A DNA stretch of 51,697 bases, the filler included, from Catajapyx aquilonaris (lineage: Eukaryota): the NCBI GenBank assembly GCA_000934665.2. It is 2 parts of 2 records of this genome, joined end to end, with 100 filler letters (N's around TTAATTAATTAA, not from the genome) between each part and the next. Parts side by side here need not be neighbours in the genome. Positions count along the whole stretch, not along the records: positions 1 to 23,578 come from JYFJ02005656.1; 1 more part is not named here. One strand, written 5' to 3'. The stretch's first letter is position 1. Every line of letters starts with the position of its first letter. The position numbers and the translations under genes were made by a program. The notes beneath the pieces were generated by a model. That model did not search any database, was not told the origin of the DNA, and saw only the letters and a program-made list of their open reading frames with translations. Of this stretch, positions 12,005 through 23,080 are shown piece after piece.

Positions 12005-13452
12005 AATATATCATATTAAAATCCTTGCGTACTTTGACGGAGGCCTCTGATTGTTCCGCCCCCACATGATGACCCAACATGGCCGCCGGCGGCCATGTTG
12101 GGTCATCATGTAGCCCTCCCCTTTCGTACCTATAGGCTCCGTACGCACTGCTAGGCGGCAGCACCTCTGGCCATCTGTCGGTCAAAATCCTCACAGGCGG
12201 TGGGAGAAGGAACCGGGTAGCAATGGCTGGTATTGCTATTTACTGCGGATTCGGTCCTATTAATGAGGCCGAAAAGTGGTTTCGGCCGAGTGTTTGGGAG
12301 TCCGGAAAGGCTCTCTGGCTTTCCGGACACATGGACAAAAAGACCGTGGTGGAGGTACGGGACTGCAACAATGCTTTCCGGGTCTTGGAGAGTCCAGTAA
12401 CTTTAGGTTTTTTCTTCGGACTAATTTATACCCAAGGTTTTGTTTCACCCAGAGCTTTGTTATGTCATTCTAAGTAAAACCTCAAAATTCCCCGACTCTC
12501 CCCTGTACGCGTCATGTGTTATTGGCTCAAGAAGTACATAAGTGACACTTGCCGTGGAATTGGCTATAATATGTAATCTACTCGTCCGATTTTGCTCGGA
12601 TTGCTCTTAAAATGTTCCCTCGTGGATGTAGAACGTGACTATCCGGTCATCATACCGCCTGCAGGTCAAGGTCACCGTGAAAACGCCCGCCAAGTTTGAA
12701 TTTTCTTCTTGCTCTTTTGAAAACATGAAAATAATCCGTTACGCACAGCAGAATCGACAATATGTGTAGGACGAGAAATGTTTCCGCGCATTCTCATCTT
12801 TAAAACGATATCCCTGTCATATTTGTGCGATCATCTGTTAAAAAACTGTCGAAATATTTGGTAGCGCGGTGCCATCGTGCTAGTCTAAGCGGTACACTAG
12901 GAAAAACGGTAAAATGCTGCAAACTCTTGCAGAAACCAAACCACTTTGCACGTATACGTTCCATAGACTAACACGATCAATTTGACCCGCAGCACCCTCA
13001 CCCTTGACCTTGTGGGGTCAAAATGGTGGCCCTTTTGGAAAAAATATCATATATTGTTTAAAAATTCCAAATTGCGTCTCCATGGCAATGTTGGTGTCAT
13101 TTCCGCGTAATTCGAGGTCGCTAAGACGATTGGTAACATGCAGGAGGTCATCATAGGTCACTAGTTTGTGACCTATGACCCCCGTTTCCTATGGAAAACC
13201 TCAAAAGTCCTCGACATTCGGCTACTCGCTTCCCGCCTCTTTGGGGGGTACGGAGGGGGTGAATCGTGTGTGACATTATGCTAGACTTCAGGTCACCAGT
13301 GCTGGTGTCCCTGTCGCACACGAGTTGTGGAATGTGCACCAAACACGAGACCAAACACCACCTCACCTATGTTTGGCCAGGGTTTGGCTGCTTTCCGTCT
13401 CCCCCAGCCCTTGACAAAACTGACCGCTACGCGGCGCTTCAGGTCACCCGAG
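12005..13452 (+). mobile_element. Non-autonomous Helitron with degenerate ends
   Basis: The 5' end atattaaaatccttgcg...ctctgatt.gtccgccccca matches the Helitron 5' end at 23498(-). The 3' end has a GC-rich hairpin tgaccgctacgcggcgcttcaggtca followed by CGAG|T, a likely CTAG variant. Confidence 0.55.
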
Positions 13453-13457
13453 TTACG

Positions 13458-14002
13458 ACCTTAGACCATATATACCAGTAGACGCTCCCCTCCCGTTTAC
13501 GAGCAAGCGCAGAAGTGAAGCCTGCCGTTCTGAGGGGGGGATCACGTGACTTAGGGCAAAAGGGAGGCGGGAAGGCGAAATTAACATGGCGCCTTATGGG
13601 GATTCCGACTATCTTTGCGCCGTCACTGTCAGGCGCCTATTGGGACTAAAAATATGCAATGGGTACCACATGATAGCTCCACTCATGCCCCGTTTCATGC
13701 CGTGCATCTCCATCCGAGAGGTTGAGCGGGGAAGGACATAGAAAATCCTACACTTTGTCATTGTTTCTCGCCGTAAGTGCAGTTTGTGTCACTACATCAC
13801 TCAAACAACCACATTAAAATGTTCCAAATTTTAATATGTTGTACAGACAATCTTCCTCTGCATATTTCACCAACTCGGGGTCGATTATAGAGGTTGATTT
13901 TATTATTCGAAAATAAAAAAAGTGATATCGGAACTTAGGGCAGCTTCAGTTAGGTACTGATTGATCAAAGTCTGTGCAAAACATATAATAATAATAATAA
14001 CA

Positions 14003-14044
<42 letters not shown>

Positions 14045-14088
14045 GGCACAATTATTATTATTACTGCTACTATTGCTGCTGCTACTGC

Positions 14089-14168
<80 letters not shown>

Positions 14169-14665
14169 GTTTTGCACAGACTTTGACATGAATCTGCCCT
14201 AAGTTCCGATATCACTTTTATTTTCGAATAATAAAATCAACCTCTATAATCGACCCCGAGTTGGTGAAATATGCAGAGGAAGATTGTCTGTACAACATAT
14301 TAAAATTTGGAACATTTTAATGTGGTTGTTTGAGTGATGTAGTGACACAAACTGCACTTACGGCGAGAAACAATGACAAAGTGTAGGATTTTCTATGTCC
14401 TTCCCCGCTCAACCTCTCGGATGGAGATGCACGGCATGAGACGGGGCATGAGTGGAGCTATCATTTGGCATGCATTGCATATTTTTAGTCCCAATGGGCG
14501 CCTGACAGTGACGGCGCAAAGACAGTCGGAATCCCCATAAGGCGCCATGTTAATTTCGCCTTCCCGCCTCCCTTTTGCCCTAAGTCACGTGATCCCCCCC
14601 TCAGAACGGCAGGTTTCACTTTTGAGAGGGAGAGGGAGCGTCTACTGGTATATATGGTCTAAGGT
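13458..14665. repeat. ~1.2-kb near-perfect palindrome with an (AAT)n/(ATT)n core
   Basis: accttagaccatatataccagtagacgctccc (13458) is inverted ending at 14665. The arms match over ~480 bp up to tcaaagtctgtgcaaaacatataata and continue into the microsatellites, with scattered SNPs and indels between arms. Confidence 0.93.
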
Positions 14666-15279
14666 TACAACCGCGCGGAGGTTATAAAGTTCAGCCTTAG
14701 TCCTGTAGGGTCGCCACTTACTCTGGCTCCGAAATGTCTCATCGCGCTCTCAGGTGAGCGCCCGCTGAAAACCCCCTCGGCAGGTGATAAGCCCAGAAGA
14801 TAGGGGTAGTGTCCGTGGCACGGTCTTAGAAGGAGAGGTCGGGAAACTCCCCGCCATCTTGCGATCTGTTACTCAATCCCGCCGTGGCGCTGACTGGAGG
14901 TGGCCATGATGTGAACATCTCCATATTGCGGCCATCTTGGTATATGCTATTGGTAGTAATCGGGAGGGTTGGGTTGTACCGACAGGGTCGCTAGTTGTTA
15001 TGGCGAATGAACGACACGCACAGCGAGATTCCATTGTTTTTACTAGCGCCGCTGCGGGAAGGAATAACGGATCGGCCTTTTCTATTGCGCTGGGATAGAA
15101 GTGTCCAGGGGCTGGTCCGTGGGCTGGTGTCGAGTATGGTACCATTTTAAAGGCCAAATCTTTGCCCGCGTTTTTCGAGCTTAACATTTCGCGATAAAAA
15201 AATTAAATTTCGCACGAAATTAGTTATCATATTTTTACTACGCCCCCTTCATCCCGGGTATTCCCCCTGCACATCCGAC

Positions 15280-16054
15280 CAGAACTTCGTCAATTATTAT
15301 ATCCACCTTTAAATTTATCTTTCAATGTGCAGAACAAATCAATGAGCTCCTCTCGTTCATAAGTATACAGTTTTTCCCTTGTAAACTCACTGAAGAAATT
15401 TCGAACCTATTGGACCTTTGCAATGTCAATATCACCGAAATATTTCTCGAAACCCTCCTTTAGTATAATTTATAAATGTGGGGATGTGACTCGCTCTTGA
15501 AATTTGCGCCACTGCCCTCGACGATGAAACATTTCAAATGAAGATTGCTCCACTTTTTTCTGCCAGCCAGAGTTGGAGTTTTAATTAAAATGTACTTATT
15601 TTTTCATGCGATATAAAAATGTTCCATAATTATTTTGACCCCTTTCCTTGCAGAGAAGTGTTGAGCACATTCAGCTCCTCAAACATATCCGCAAAACATA
15701 CCAGTTATCACAAAGTGATTTTTAATATTTGCATCTGTTTCTCCTGTATAGCTTTTTTCCTTCAAACTAATGTAAGTTGTAGTGCAGCTTAATTGGCTCC
15801 GTAGCGTAGCGAGGTCGGTAAAGGGGCTTCCGCTGATAGAGGAGAGCGCGAGGGCGAACGTTGCTAAATTTCTCTCGTCGAACTATGGCTCAAACCATGC
15901 AAGAGCTGCTCAAACATTAAACTCGTACACAGTGTTCACCAATTTTTTTTATTTTGGGATTATTCATTATTGCGCATAAATTTTAAAAAAAGTGGAACCT
16001 AGGCCCGCAACCCCGCTGGGGGTCGCGACCCACCGTACCGGTTGGAAACCACGG
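15280..16054 (-). pseudogene. Internally deleted hAT (Charlie/SPIN/Buster-type) transposon with transposase relic
   Basis: Minus-strand fragments LVCFADMFEELNVLNTSLQGKG, HEKISTF, LQLW, FEMF, FEKYF, *VRNFF and EELIDL follow the order of Charlie-family motifs LAYLADIFxxLNxLNxSLQG...KLxLW...WIRNPF...ELIDL. There is a hAT-like terminus ccgtggtttccaaccgg...tgggtcgcgacccc at 16054. Stops and frameshifts are present. Confidence 0.8.
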
Positions 16055-16072
16055 TGTTACTTAAAAAAAAAA

Positions 16073-16699
16073 AAGGTTTACTCAACACGCGATCTCGTGC
16101 CCAGCGACCGATTCGGTGCCCCGTCGCTGTCGCCGGAGCGTTCACGTATGCACGACGCGGTGCCCCCAGCGACGGAGTTCCCGTCCAGCGACCGATTTGG
16201 TGCCCATCGCCAGGATCTGCTAGATCCAGATACCTGCGACGGAAGACACACGGTCGCTGGCGACAAAAGTCACGTGTCTTGTGCCAGGCCTTGCATCATC
16301 CTTGCATGGGCCGGCTTGGGCTCTGTAGTTGGGTCATTGGACCGCCATCTTTGATATAGGCTCCATTATTTTAAAAACTTAAATTATTTTACCATTACAA
16401 ACGTCCATGGAATTGGCCTCTGACCATATCAGATGGATGGTTGCAAATTTGTTTCGGAAATATGCCTTCCAAGCCTGTACTTGAGGGATAAGGCCGGAGG
16501 CCAGCGGAGGCCAGCGGACCCGCCATGTTTTTTTTCGGGCATAAGATCGTGGCGTCGGCTTACGTGAATGCTGTCACGACGCCGTGCCCGAAACAGCGCT
16601 GCGACAATGCCCCCAGCAGCTGGGCGACACCATGCCCGCGACGTCGCTCGGGCACGGGGTCGTGGTCGCAGTCGCAATCGCGGATATGTGAATGCACCT
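16073..16699. mobile_element. Possible degenerate PIF/Harbinger-type MITE
   Basis: Right end tgtgaatgcacct|TAA. cgtgcccagcgac (~16096) is approximately inverted by gtcgctcgggcacg (~16643). Confidence 0.35.
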
Positions 16700-17190
16700 T
16701 AATACGAGAAAGCCAAAGTCACCCCAAAGTGCACTCCTTCGACAACTCCTGCGTGCTATCCAATTGATGATTATTTATCAGTGTAGGCCGGCCATATAAT
16801 GCAACCTTATCTGTCCGGTCCCTCCCATACCTCTCACAGTCAGTCCAAAATGCTGCAGAGGTGTAAATGGCGTGGGAGAAATGTCACGGGGGCCAGAAGA
16901 CCGCCGGGGTCGAAACGCCGGGGGCCAGATGTCCGAGACCCCACATAATATTGCATGTAATATTTAAAATAATTTAATTGTTATTGAAGCACCAGGAACC
17001 AAGCTCAGTCAGATTATGCTCAATCGGGGCCCCACTTCCGTGAGGTAAACGGAACTCTATGTTAGGCCCCCCATTCGCTCTAGGATAATCGCCCGATTGC
17101 ACATGGCAATGTCCCAGTAGTATATTATCTTGTATGATTTTAAAACCATGTCCCAACATCTCCCAGTATTTACATCTGCATTTATTTCAG

Positions 17191-17610
17191 GGAAAAGTTG
17201 CCAAAGAGCACATTCAGAATGGTACCCAGCAAGACATCCACAAAGGAAGACACTTGCCGGGGAAGGTTTGTCAGATTTGCAAGAAAACGTTTAGTGAATT
17301 AGGATATTTGAAAAAGCACATGAAAACTCACACAGGGGAGAAGCCATTCAGTTGCAAGGTTTGCAAGAAAAGGTTTCGTCAGTCATGCGAGTTGAATACA
17401 CACATGAGAACCCACACCGGGGAGAAGCCATTCTGTTGCAAGGTTTGCAAGAAAAGGTTTCGTCAGTCAGAACATTTGAATAGGCATGTGAGGACTCACA
17501 CAGGGGAGAAGCCATTCCGTTGCATGATTTGCAAGAGAAAGTTTAGTGAGTCAGGAGCTTTGAATAGGCACATGAGAACCCACACAGGGGAGAAGCCATT
17601 CAGTTGCTAA
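17191..17610 (+). CDS. C2H2 zinc-finger gene, exon C: 4 intact tandem fingers ending at an in-frame TAA
   Basis: Phase-0 acceptor tttatttcag|GGA. CxxC-x12-HxxxH fingers with TGEKP linkers start at 17269. TAA at 17608-17610 lies between the two Cys of finger 5. Confidence 0.88.
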   Translation, partial: GKVAKEHIQNGTQQDIHKGRHLPGKVCQICKKTFSELGYLKKHMKTHTGEKPFSCKVCKKRFRQSCELNTHMRTHTGEKPFCCKVCKKRFRQSEHLNRHVRTHTGEKPFRCMICKRKFSESGALNRHMRTHTGEKPFSC

Positions 17611-18265
17611 GTTTGCAAGAGAAAGTTTCGTGAGTCAGGGCATTTGAATGTCCACATGAGAACCCACACAGGGGAGAAGCCATTCAGTTGCTCAATTTGC
17701 AAGAGAAAGTTTAGTGAGCCAGGAACTTTGAATAAGCACATGAGAACCCACACAGGGGAGAAGCCATTCAGTTGCTCAATTTGCAAGAGAAAGTTTAGTG
17801 CGTCAGGAAATTTGAATGTCCACATGAGGACCCACACAGGGGAGAAGCCATTCAGTTGCAAAGTTTGCAAGAGAAAGTTAAGTCGATCAAGAAGTTTGAA
17901 GGATCACATGAGGACCCACACAGGGGAGAAGCCATTCAGTTGCGACGTTTGTGAGAGAAAGTTTAGTGTGTCAGGACATTTGAATAGACACATGAGAACC
18001 CACACATAGGAGAAGCCATTCAGTTGCGAGATTTGGAAGAAGAGGTTTAGTCATTCAGGAAATTTGAATAGGCATATGAGGAGCCACACATGGGAGAAGC
18101 CATTCAGTGGCGTGGTTTGTGAGAGAAAGTTTATTGACTCAGGAACTTTGAAAAAACACATGATGGTTCGCACAGGGGAGAAGCCATTCTGTTGTCAAGA
18201 GAGAGTTTGCTCGCTCGGGAAATTTGAAAGATCATATTGTTAGGGGGCACAAAGGAGAAAAGTGA
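17611..18265 (+). pseudogene. Continuation of the zinc-finger array beyond the stop (fingers 5-12), progressively degenerate
   Basis: Same frame and 84-bp period. Fingers 6-9 are intact, TAG at 18007 lies in a linker, finger 10 has C>W, finger 11 has C>G and H>R, and finger 12 is frameshifted and ends ...HKGEK* at 18265. Confidence 0.85.
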
Positions 18266-20430
18266 TTTTTGGTCAAGGCCCCATTCACCCAGGTGCTGCA
18301 TTAAGGCTGTGTATCAGCCCCCGAGTAGGAATAGCCGAATCCCATGTAACTTATTGCCCTGTTTTCTCCTATACTTCGCGTAATTTTGTCAGCTATATAT
18401 TTAATGATTGAGCATGAGTAGGAAATTATGATGGGTGGATTAGATTTTGCAAATTATTTATAATAATCAACATTTAGGGTGCCNAAAAAAAAAAAAAAAA
18501 ATCCTTCTAATCATCTCACTTTCACAGTCTTTCGGTGCAAGTTGCCGTTTGCTTGAATGAAATCGAGTGGTTTATAGTGGATATAATAGGGCGATAAGTT
18601 GATGGTGCAAACCGGATCTGATTCAGCCATTCCGGGGGTAAAGAATGCCGATTTTTCTCCTTGAGAGCGCTGCAGTGGACGCGCTCTTCAATTCGAAGCG
18701 CAAGCTTCTATTTGCACCTCGACTGTGGGCGTGCATTTTGGGTTACGGCCACGATACGTTTTGCATCATGTAGCGAAGGGGTCAACGCTGTTAGTGGACC
18801 CGGTCCCGTTCCTCTACGACGAAAACCTACTGTACTACGGCGAGAAACATCTCTGTATCGTCCGGACACAACAACGTTTTACCTGGTGCGGCTATCAAAA
18901 TGGGGGCAAAACGATTCGGTGCCCACACCTTTCCGCGGTTCTCCCTCAGAGTGACAATATCCCAAGGTAAAGCATTCGTCCGGGGCAATTAAAAAACAGA
19001 GGGCAATACGATACCGTATAATTATTGTGACCTTAGGTCGATCATAGCTCAAAATCTGATGTTTATTTCTTCAAATTAAAAACCTCCAAAATTCATTTAA
19101 AAATAAGGACGCTTTTTTTACATGGGTTTGCAAAATGTATGCTAGGACCCCATTGAGCATGACGGACAATTTATTTCAAGTGGTGTTCTTGTGCATATCA
19201 CATCAGTAAACGGGAATGAAATGAGGAACATTGTGATAGCAATAGTTGTAACCTAAAGCGCAAAATAAAATTGCTAACAAATTGTTGTGCTGTGCTGATT
19301 CATAGCATTTTTGCACTCGAGGTGAAAATACTGCCAAGCCGAAATGTTCCTTGCTTCATTTCCGTTCATTTGATACAAGTTAGGCGGACACCAAAATTTA
19401 AGTTGATGTGACTGTGTGCATGGAATAGTTTTTCCCCCATTTTGATAGCAGCACCCTATAAAAAGTTGTTGTGTGCGTATGATACAGAGATGTTTCTCGT
19501 GATAGTGCTATAAGTTTTTTTCATAGTGGAACGGGACCTGGTCCATTAACAGCAGGTTCAGGATTATGAGATGGGGAAAAAAGGAGTGAGGATTGAATGA
19601 CCAGGGTGTGAAATTTGATCCGTGTGCTTCAGTATCACACTAGAGGACAGACTTGGGCTAGTTTTAATTAGCATGATTGTTCCTAGTATCATAACATTTA
19701 ATAATGCATAAAGTAAATAGACAGCCTTCTGAGGCTTGTTTTTTTGAGGGTAAGGTGGAGTGACACACATTGATGTGCTTTCTACTCAGGTTATAGTGAG
19801 TGACAGCACCAAAAATAATATTCCGTGAGTAATGTATGAGACCTTACAAGCTGAAATCTTCATGTTCTGCAGATGTTCAGGATTCGAGGAAAATGGTCAA
19901 TGGAAAGTTCCAAGATTGATCTTGCTCCATGATTTAATATTATCTTGTAGATGTTGCCCTATTTACGTACATTGCATGCAAAAGAGAATGTAATATTCGG
20001 GTTTGTTGTGTTAGTTCTGGTTGCACCCAGGCCAGAAGACTTTTTGACTGGAAAATGTGACCAAAATTTAATCTTCCACTTTTTGGGAGCAATGGCAATA
20101 TCCTGTCACATTTTCATCCAAAAAGGTGTTAGTGCAGGAGGACTTGAGTTGTAAAACTCGGGGCTTGAAGTTCACTAATTCGATTTGTAGAAAATTCTGC
20201 TTATAGAGCTGTGCACATTGCTTTCAAAAATAGTTATAAAATAAGTTGATGTGATTGCTACAAATGTGTTGAATCTCTAAGTAGGATATTACGTACAATA
20301 AGGTAAGGTACATGTTCATATCGGTACTCTCCCTTTCACCTTTGCCATGCAATTAAACTTTGAAAATGGAGTCTGTCTTGTTCTTTCTGTTCACATATGA
20401 AAAGTGTAAAATTGCTACTTCTCGACATTT

Positions 20431-20640
20431 GGTGTGGGTTCTAACCCGGATCTTTCCTTCAGATGGGTGGTAAAGCCGTCGGTCCCGTGTGCTTGTGACA
20501 TTGCGCGAGTGCACGTTAAAGATCCCCAGAGTGGCCAAATTTCCAGGAGGAGAACCACCCCCTGGCGTCGGTGTTGAGCCTTAGCAGCAGAAATAGGCCG
20601 ACGTCAGGCCCCACTGAACAGTGTTACGTTCACCTCAAAC
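20431..20640 (+). mobile_element. SINE fragment with a Deu/Nin-type core domain
   Basis: B-box-like gggttctaaccc, then ccttcagatg...taaagccgtcggtcccg...gcacgttaaagatccc, which resembles the Deu/Nin-SINE core as recalled. Confidence 0.55.
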
Positions 20641-20890
20641 AATATTGGTTACTTCGCTTGTCAAATCGCTCAGATTTAAACGCGTTGTTTACACACCCTG
20701 AGTTGAAGGAAATGGTTAATTCTTCTGAAGTGCTCAGGGGACATCTGTTATGGATATGTGGTATGCCTGTTCAGGAATTCGTGATTATGGGGTGGGGAAA
20801 AGGAGTGTGAGATTTGATCTGTGTGTTTCAGTATCACACTATAGAGGAGAGTCTTGGGCAAGTATTAATTATCATGATTGTCCCCCTAAA

Positions 20891-21166
20891 AACCGAAGTA
20901 GTTTGGAGTAGGGGATATGGTGTCGGACTGCTAATCGGGAAGTCCTGGGATCTAATCCCGGGGCCGGCAACTCTGACCGTGGTTTTCTGTGGTTTCCCAC
21001 GGTCCTTCCAGGGAAATTCCGGAGTTGTTTCCGTAATTAATAGGCCACAGCCGCTTCCTTCCGTCCCTATCCTATCCCCAAAAGTGCAGTAAAATGAAAG
21101 CAAAAGAGTTCCAGGCAAAACAAAACTTCCCCCCTAAAGAGCCGATAGGCTGATAACGGGGTATGA

Positions 21167-21247
<81 letters not shown>
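20891..21247 (+). mobile_element. Full-length tRNA-derived SINE with (ATT)n tail and 14-bp TSD
   Basis: TSD ATTGTCCCCCTAAA at 20877-20890 and 21248-21261. tRNA-like head with A box, gactgctaatc anticodon arm and B box gggatctaatccc. The 3' end is cccctaaagagccgataggctgataacggggtat plus (ATT)n. Confidence 0.9.
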
Positions 21248-21250
<3 letters not shown>

Positions 21251-22288
21251 GTCCCCCTAAAGGAGCTCCACCAAGGGTAAGGTGACACACAGAGACGGGC
21301 TTTCTACTCAGGTTATAGTGGGTGAGATCACCTATAAAACAATTCCATGAGTAATGTAGGAGACCTTACCAGCTGAGAGTATGTTCAACAAATGTTCAGT
21401 AAATTCGATGGAAATGGTCAATGGAAAGGTTCTGTTCCAATATTGATTTTGCTGCATTATTTAGTTATATTTTGTAGATGTTGCCTTATTTACGTACATT
21501 GCATGGAAAAGAAAAGAGGTAGTACAGTATAATATTATGATGTTTGTTGGGTTAGGTCTGGTTGCACCCAGGCCAGAACACTACGCATTGTTAAATTTTA
21601 GCAGAAGTTGTCCATATACTAGGTCAATATTTTTAAAGATGAAACTAGAAAAACCCTCGCTCCGTTCGAATTTTTGTATGGCACAGGCGTAGAAAACCGC
21701 TCGCTTCGCTCACGTTTTTCTACGCCTGCGGTGGACACCGCATTTTAAATCGCTTCCGACTTATAGCCAGTGATGATGCCCATCCCCCAATCATATGATT
21801 GTGTACTCCCAACCCCACCCCTTCCTCCGTCCGTGATTCTGAACTGTTATCCACGATTCCGTACTACCTTGCGAACCGTCTGAAATCCCATCTTTGCATT
21901 GCATTGGTTGGGAAATACTCTGCATGCATTTGGACACCTCAACATACCAATTCCTTTTGAATTTTTAAAAACCCCAATAAATTATTGTACGAACAGAAAG
22001 TCACAACCTCTACCGCCTCTACTCGCATGCACTCATCGCACACATGTATCTAAATTATATTATGCACACTTTCCGACCAGGTTTTGTAACTGCTCATAAT
22101 CATAACTCCCCTTTATTATAAACATCCATGTAACTCTGCAGAAAGACGATCAAGTACTGATTTCATTATTCTTCCCGACAATTTCTTTTGATATTCTCGA
22201 CCTATTCCCGGGTTCAGTGTTGAATATCGCAGCCAATCTTGCTTACAAACTCTCCCTGCGGTGTTGGCAGGAGGTTGACCTTCTTTAA

Positions 22289-22757
22289 CCCTTTGACGAC
22301 TACGGACATCATAATTATGATGTCCGAGCTTACATTGCTGCAGGGCCTACGGACATCATAATTATGATGTCTTGAGATTTGCCCTGACAACTTGGGACAT
22401 TTTTCAACTCGTAAAACTCCGACCTCACCGATTTTCTTGAAATTCGGTGCATTGGTAGTCCACACCAAGGGATGAAAACGCACCTATTACCTGCTCGAAA
22501 TTGACCCACATTGGAGGGGGGCATATGTCAATGCTGCACCGAATTTCAAGAAAATCGGTGAGGTCGGGATTTTATGACTTGACCTCTGCCCCCCTCAAAA
22601 ATTGGTCACATGGTCATTTTGATCAGGTAACGATAGGCAATCCGGGCAGTCCGCGGATTATTATTCATTAAAAATATCACTCTTCATCCCGGAAAGGGGG
22701 AAAAAGAACTCAGGCCCTGGGGTAAGGCAATGGCTCAAAAACTCCGCCGTCAAAGGG
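22289..22757. mobile_element. piggyBac-type MITE nested in the Helitron
   Basis: TTAA|CCCTTTGACG ... CGTCAAAGGG|TTAA, with internal ggacatcataattatgatgtc palindromes. Confidence 0.8.
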
Positions 22758-22779
22758 TTAAAAAACTGAAATTATTTTT

Positions 22780-23008
22780 AGTCCGGGTGCTAAGGGGTTG
22801 AACTTTGCATTTCGTGACAAAAGTATGAAACTCGGTACACTTGTTCTTTGGACACTTCTGATCATATCTGGACGTGGAGCCACGATGACCCACCCCGGTG
22901 GAGGTCCACTTCGCAGGGTTGCCAGGCAGGGTTTCAGGCAAATGATTAAAGTAGGGGTTTTCAAAAGATGATCCCCTAAGAGGCCCAAGGGGCCTATCAC
23001 GGGGTATC

Positions 23009-23078
<70 letters not shown>

Positions 23079-23080
23079 GT
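22780..23080 (+). mobile_element. (TAT)n-tailed insertion flanked by ~40-bp direct repeats
   Basis: aactccg.cgtcaaa.ggttaaaaaactgaaattatttt at ~22740 and ~23082. The 3' end is caaaagatgatcccctaagaggcccaaggggcctatcacggggtatc plus (TAT)n. Confidence 0.65.

Larger units (their letters stand above)
19555..21580 (+). repeat. Diverged local duplication (19555-20040 and ~20780-21580); only the second copy carries a SINE
   Basis: Collinear blocks occur in both copies, e.g. ttcagtatcacact, gctttctactcaggttatagtg, ttgtagatgttgcc.tatttacgtacattgcatg, tctggttgcacccaggccagaa. Confidence 0.88.

Noticed and set aside
17269..18265. 84-bp periodic repeats with variable segments as a CRISPR-like array
   Set aside because: The period is 28 codons and translates to C2H2 fingers. 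The context is eukaryotic and there are no cas genes.
17191..18265. PRDM9 assignment
   Set aside because: No PR/SET, SSXRD or KRAB-like exon was identified in the window.
18661..18970. GC-richer overlapping ORFs downstream of the ZF array
   Set aside because: There is no recognisable domain, the starts are non-ATG and there is no clear exon partner.
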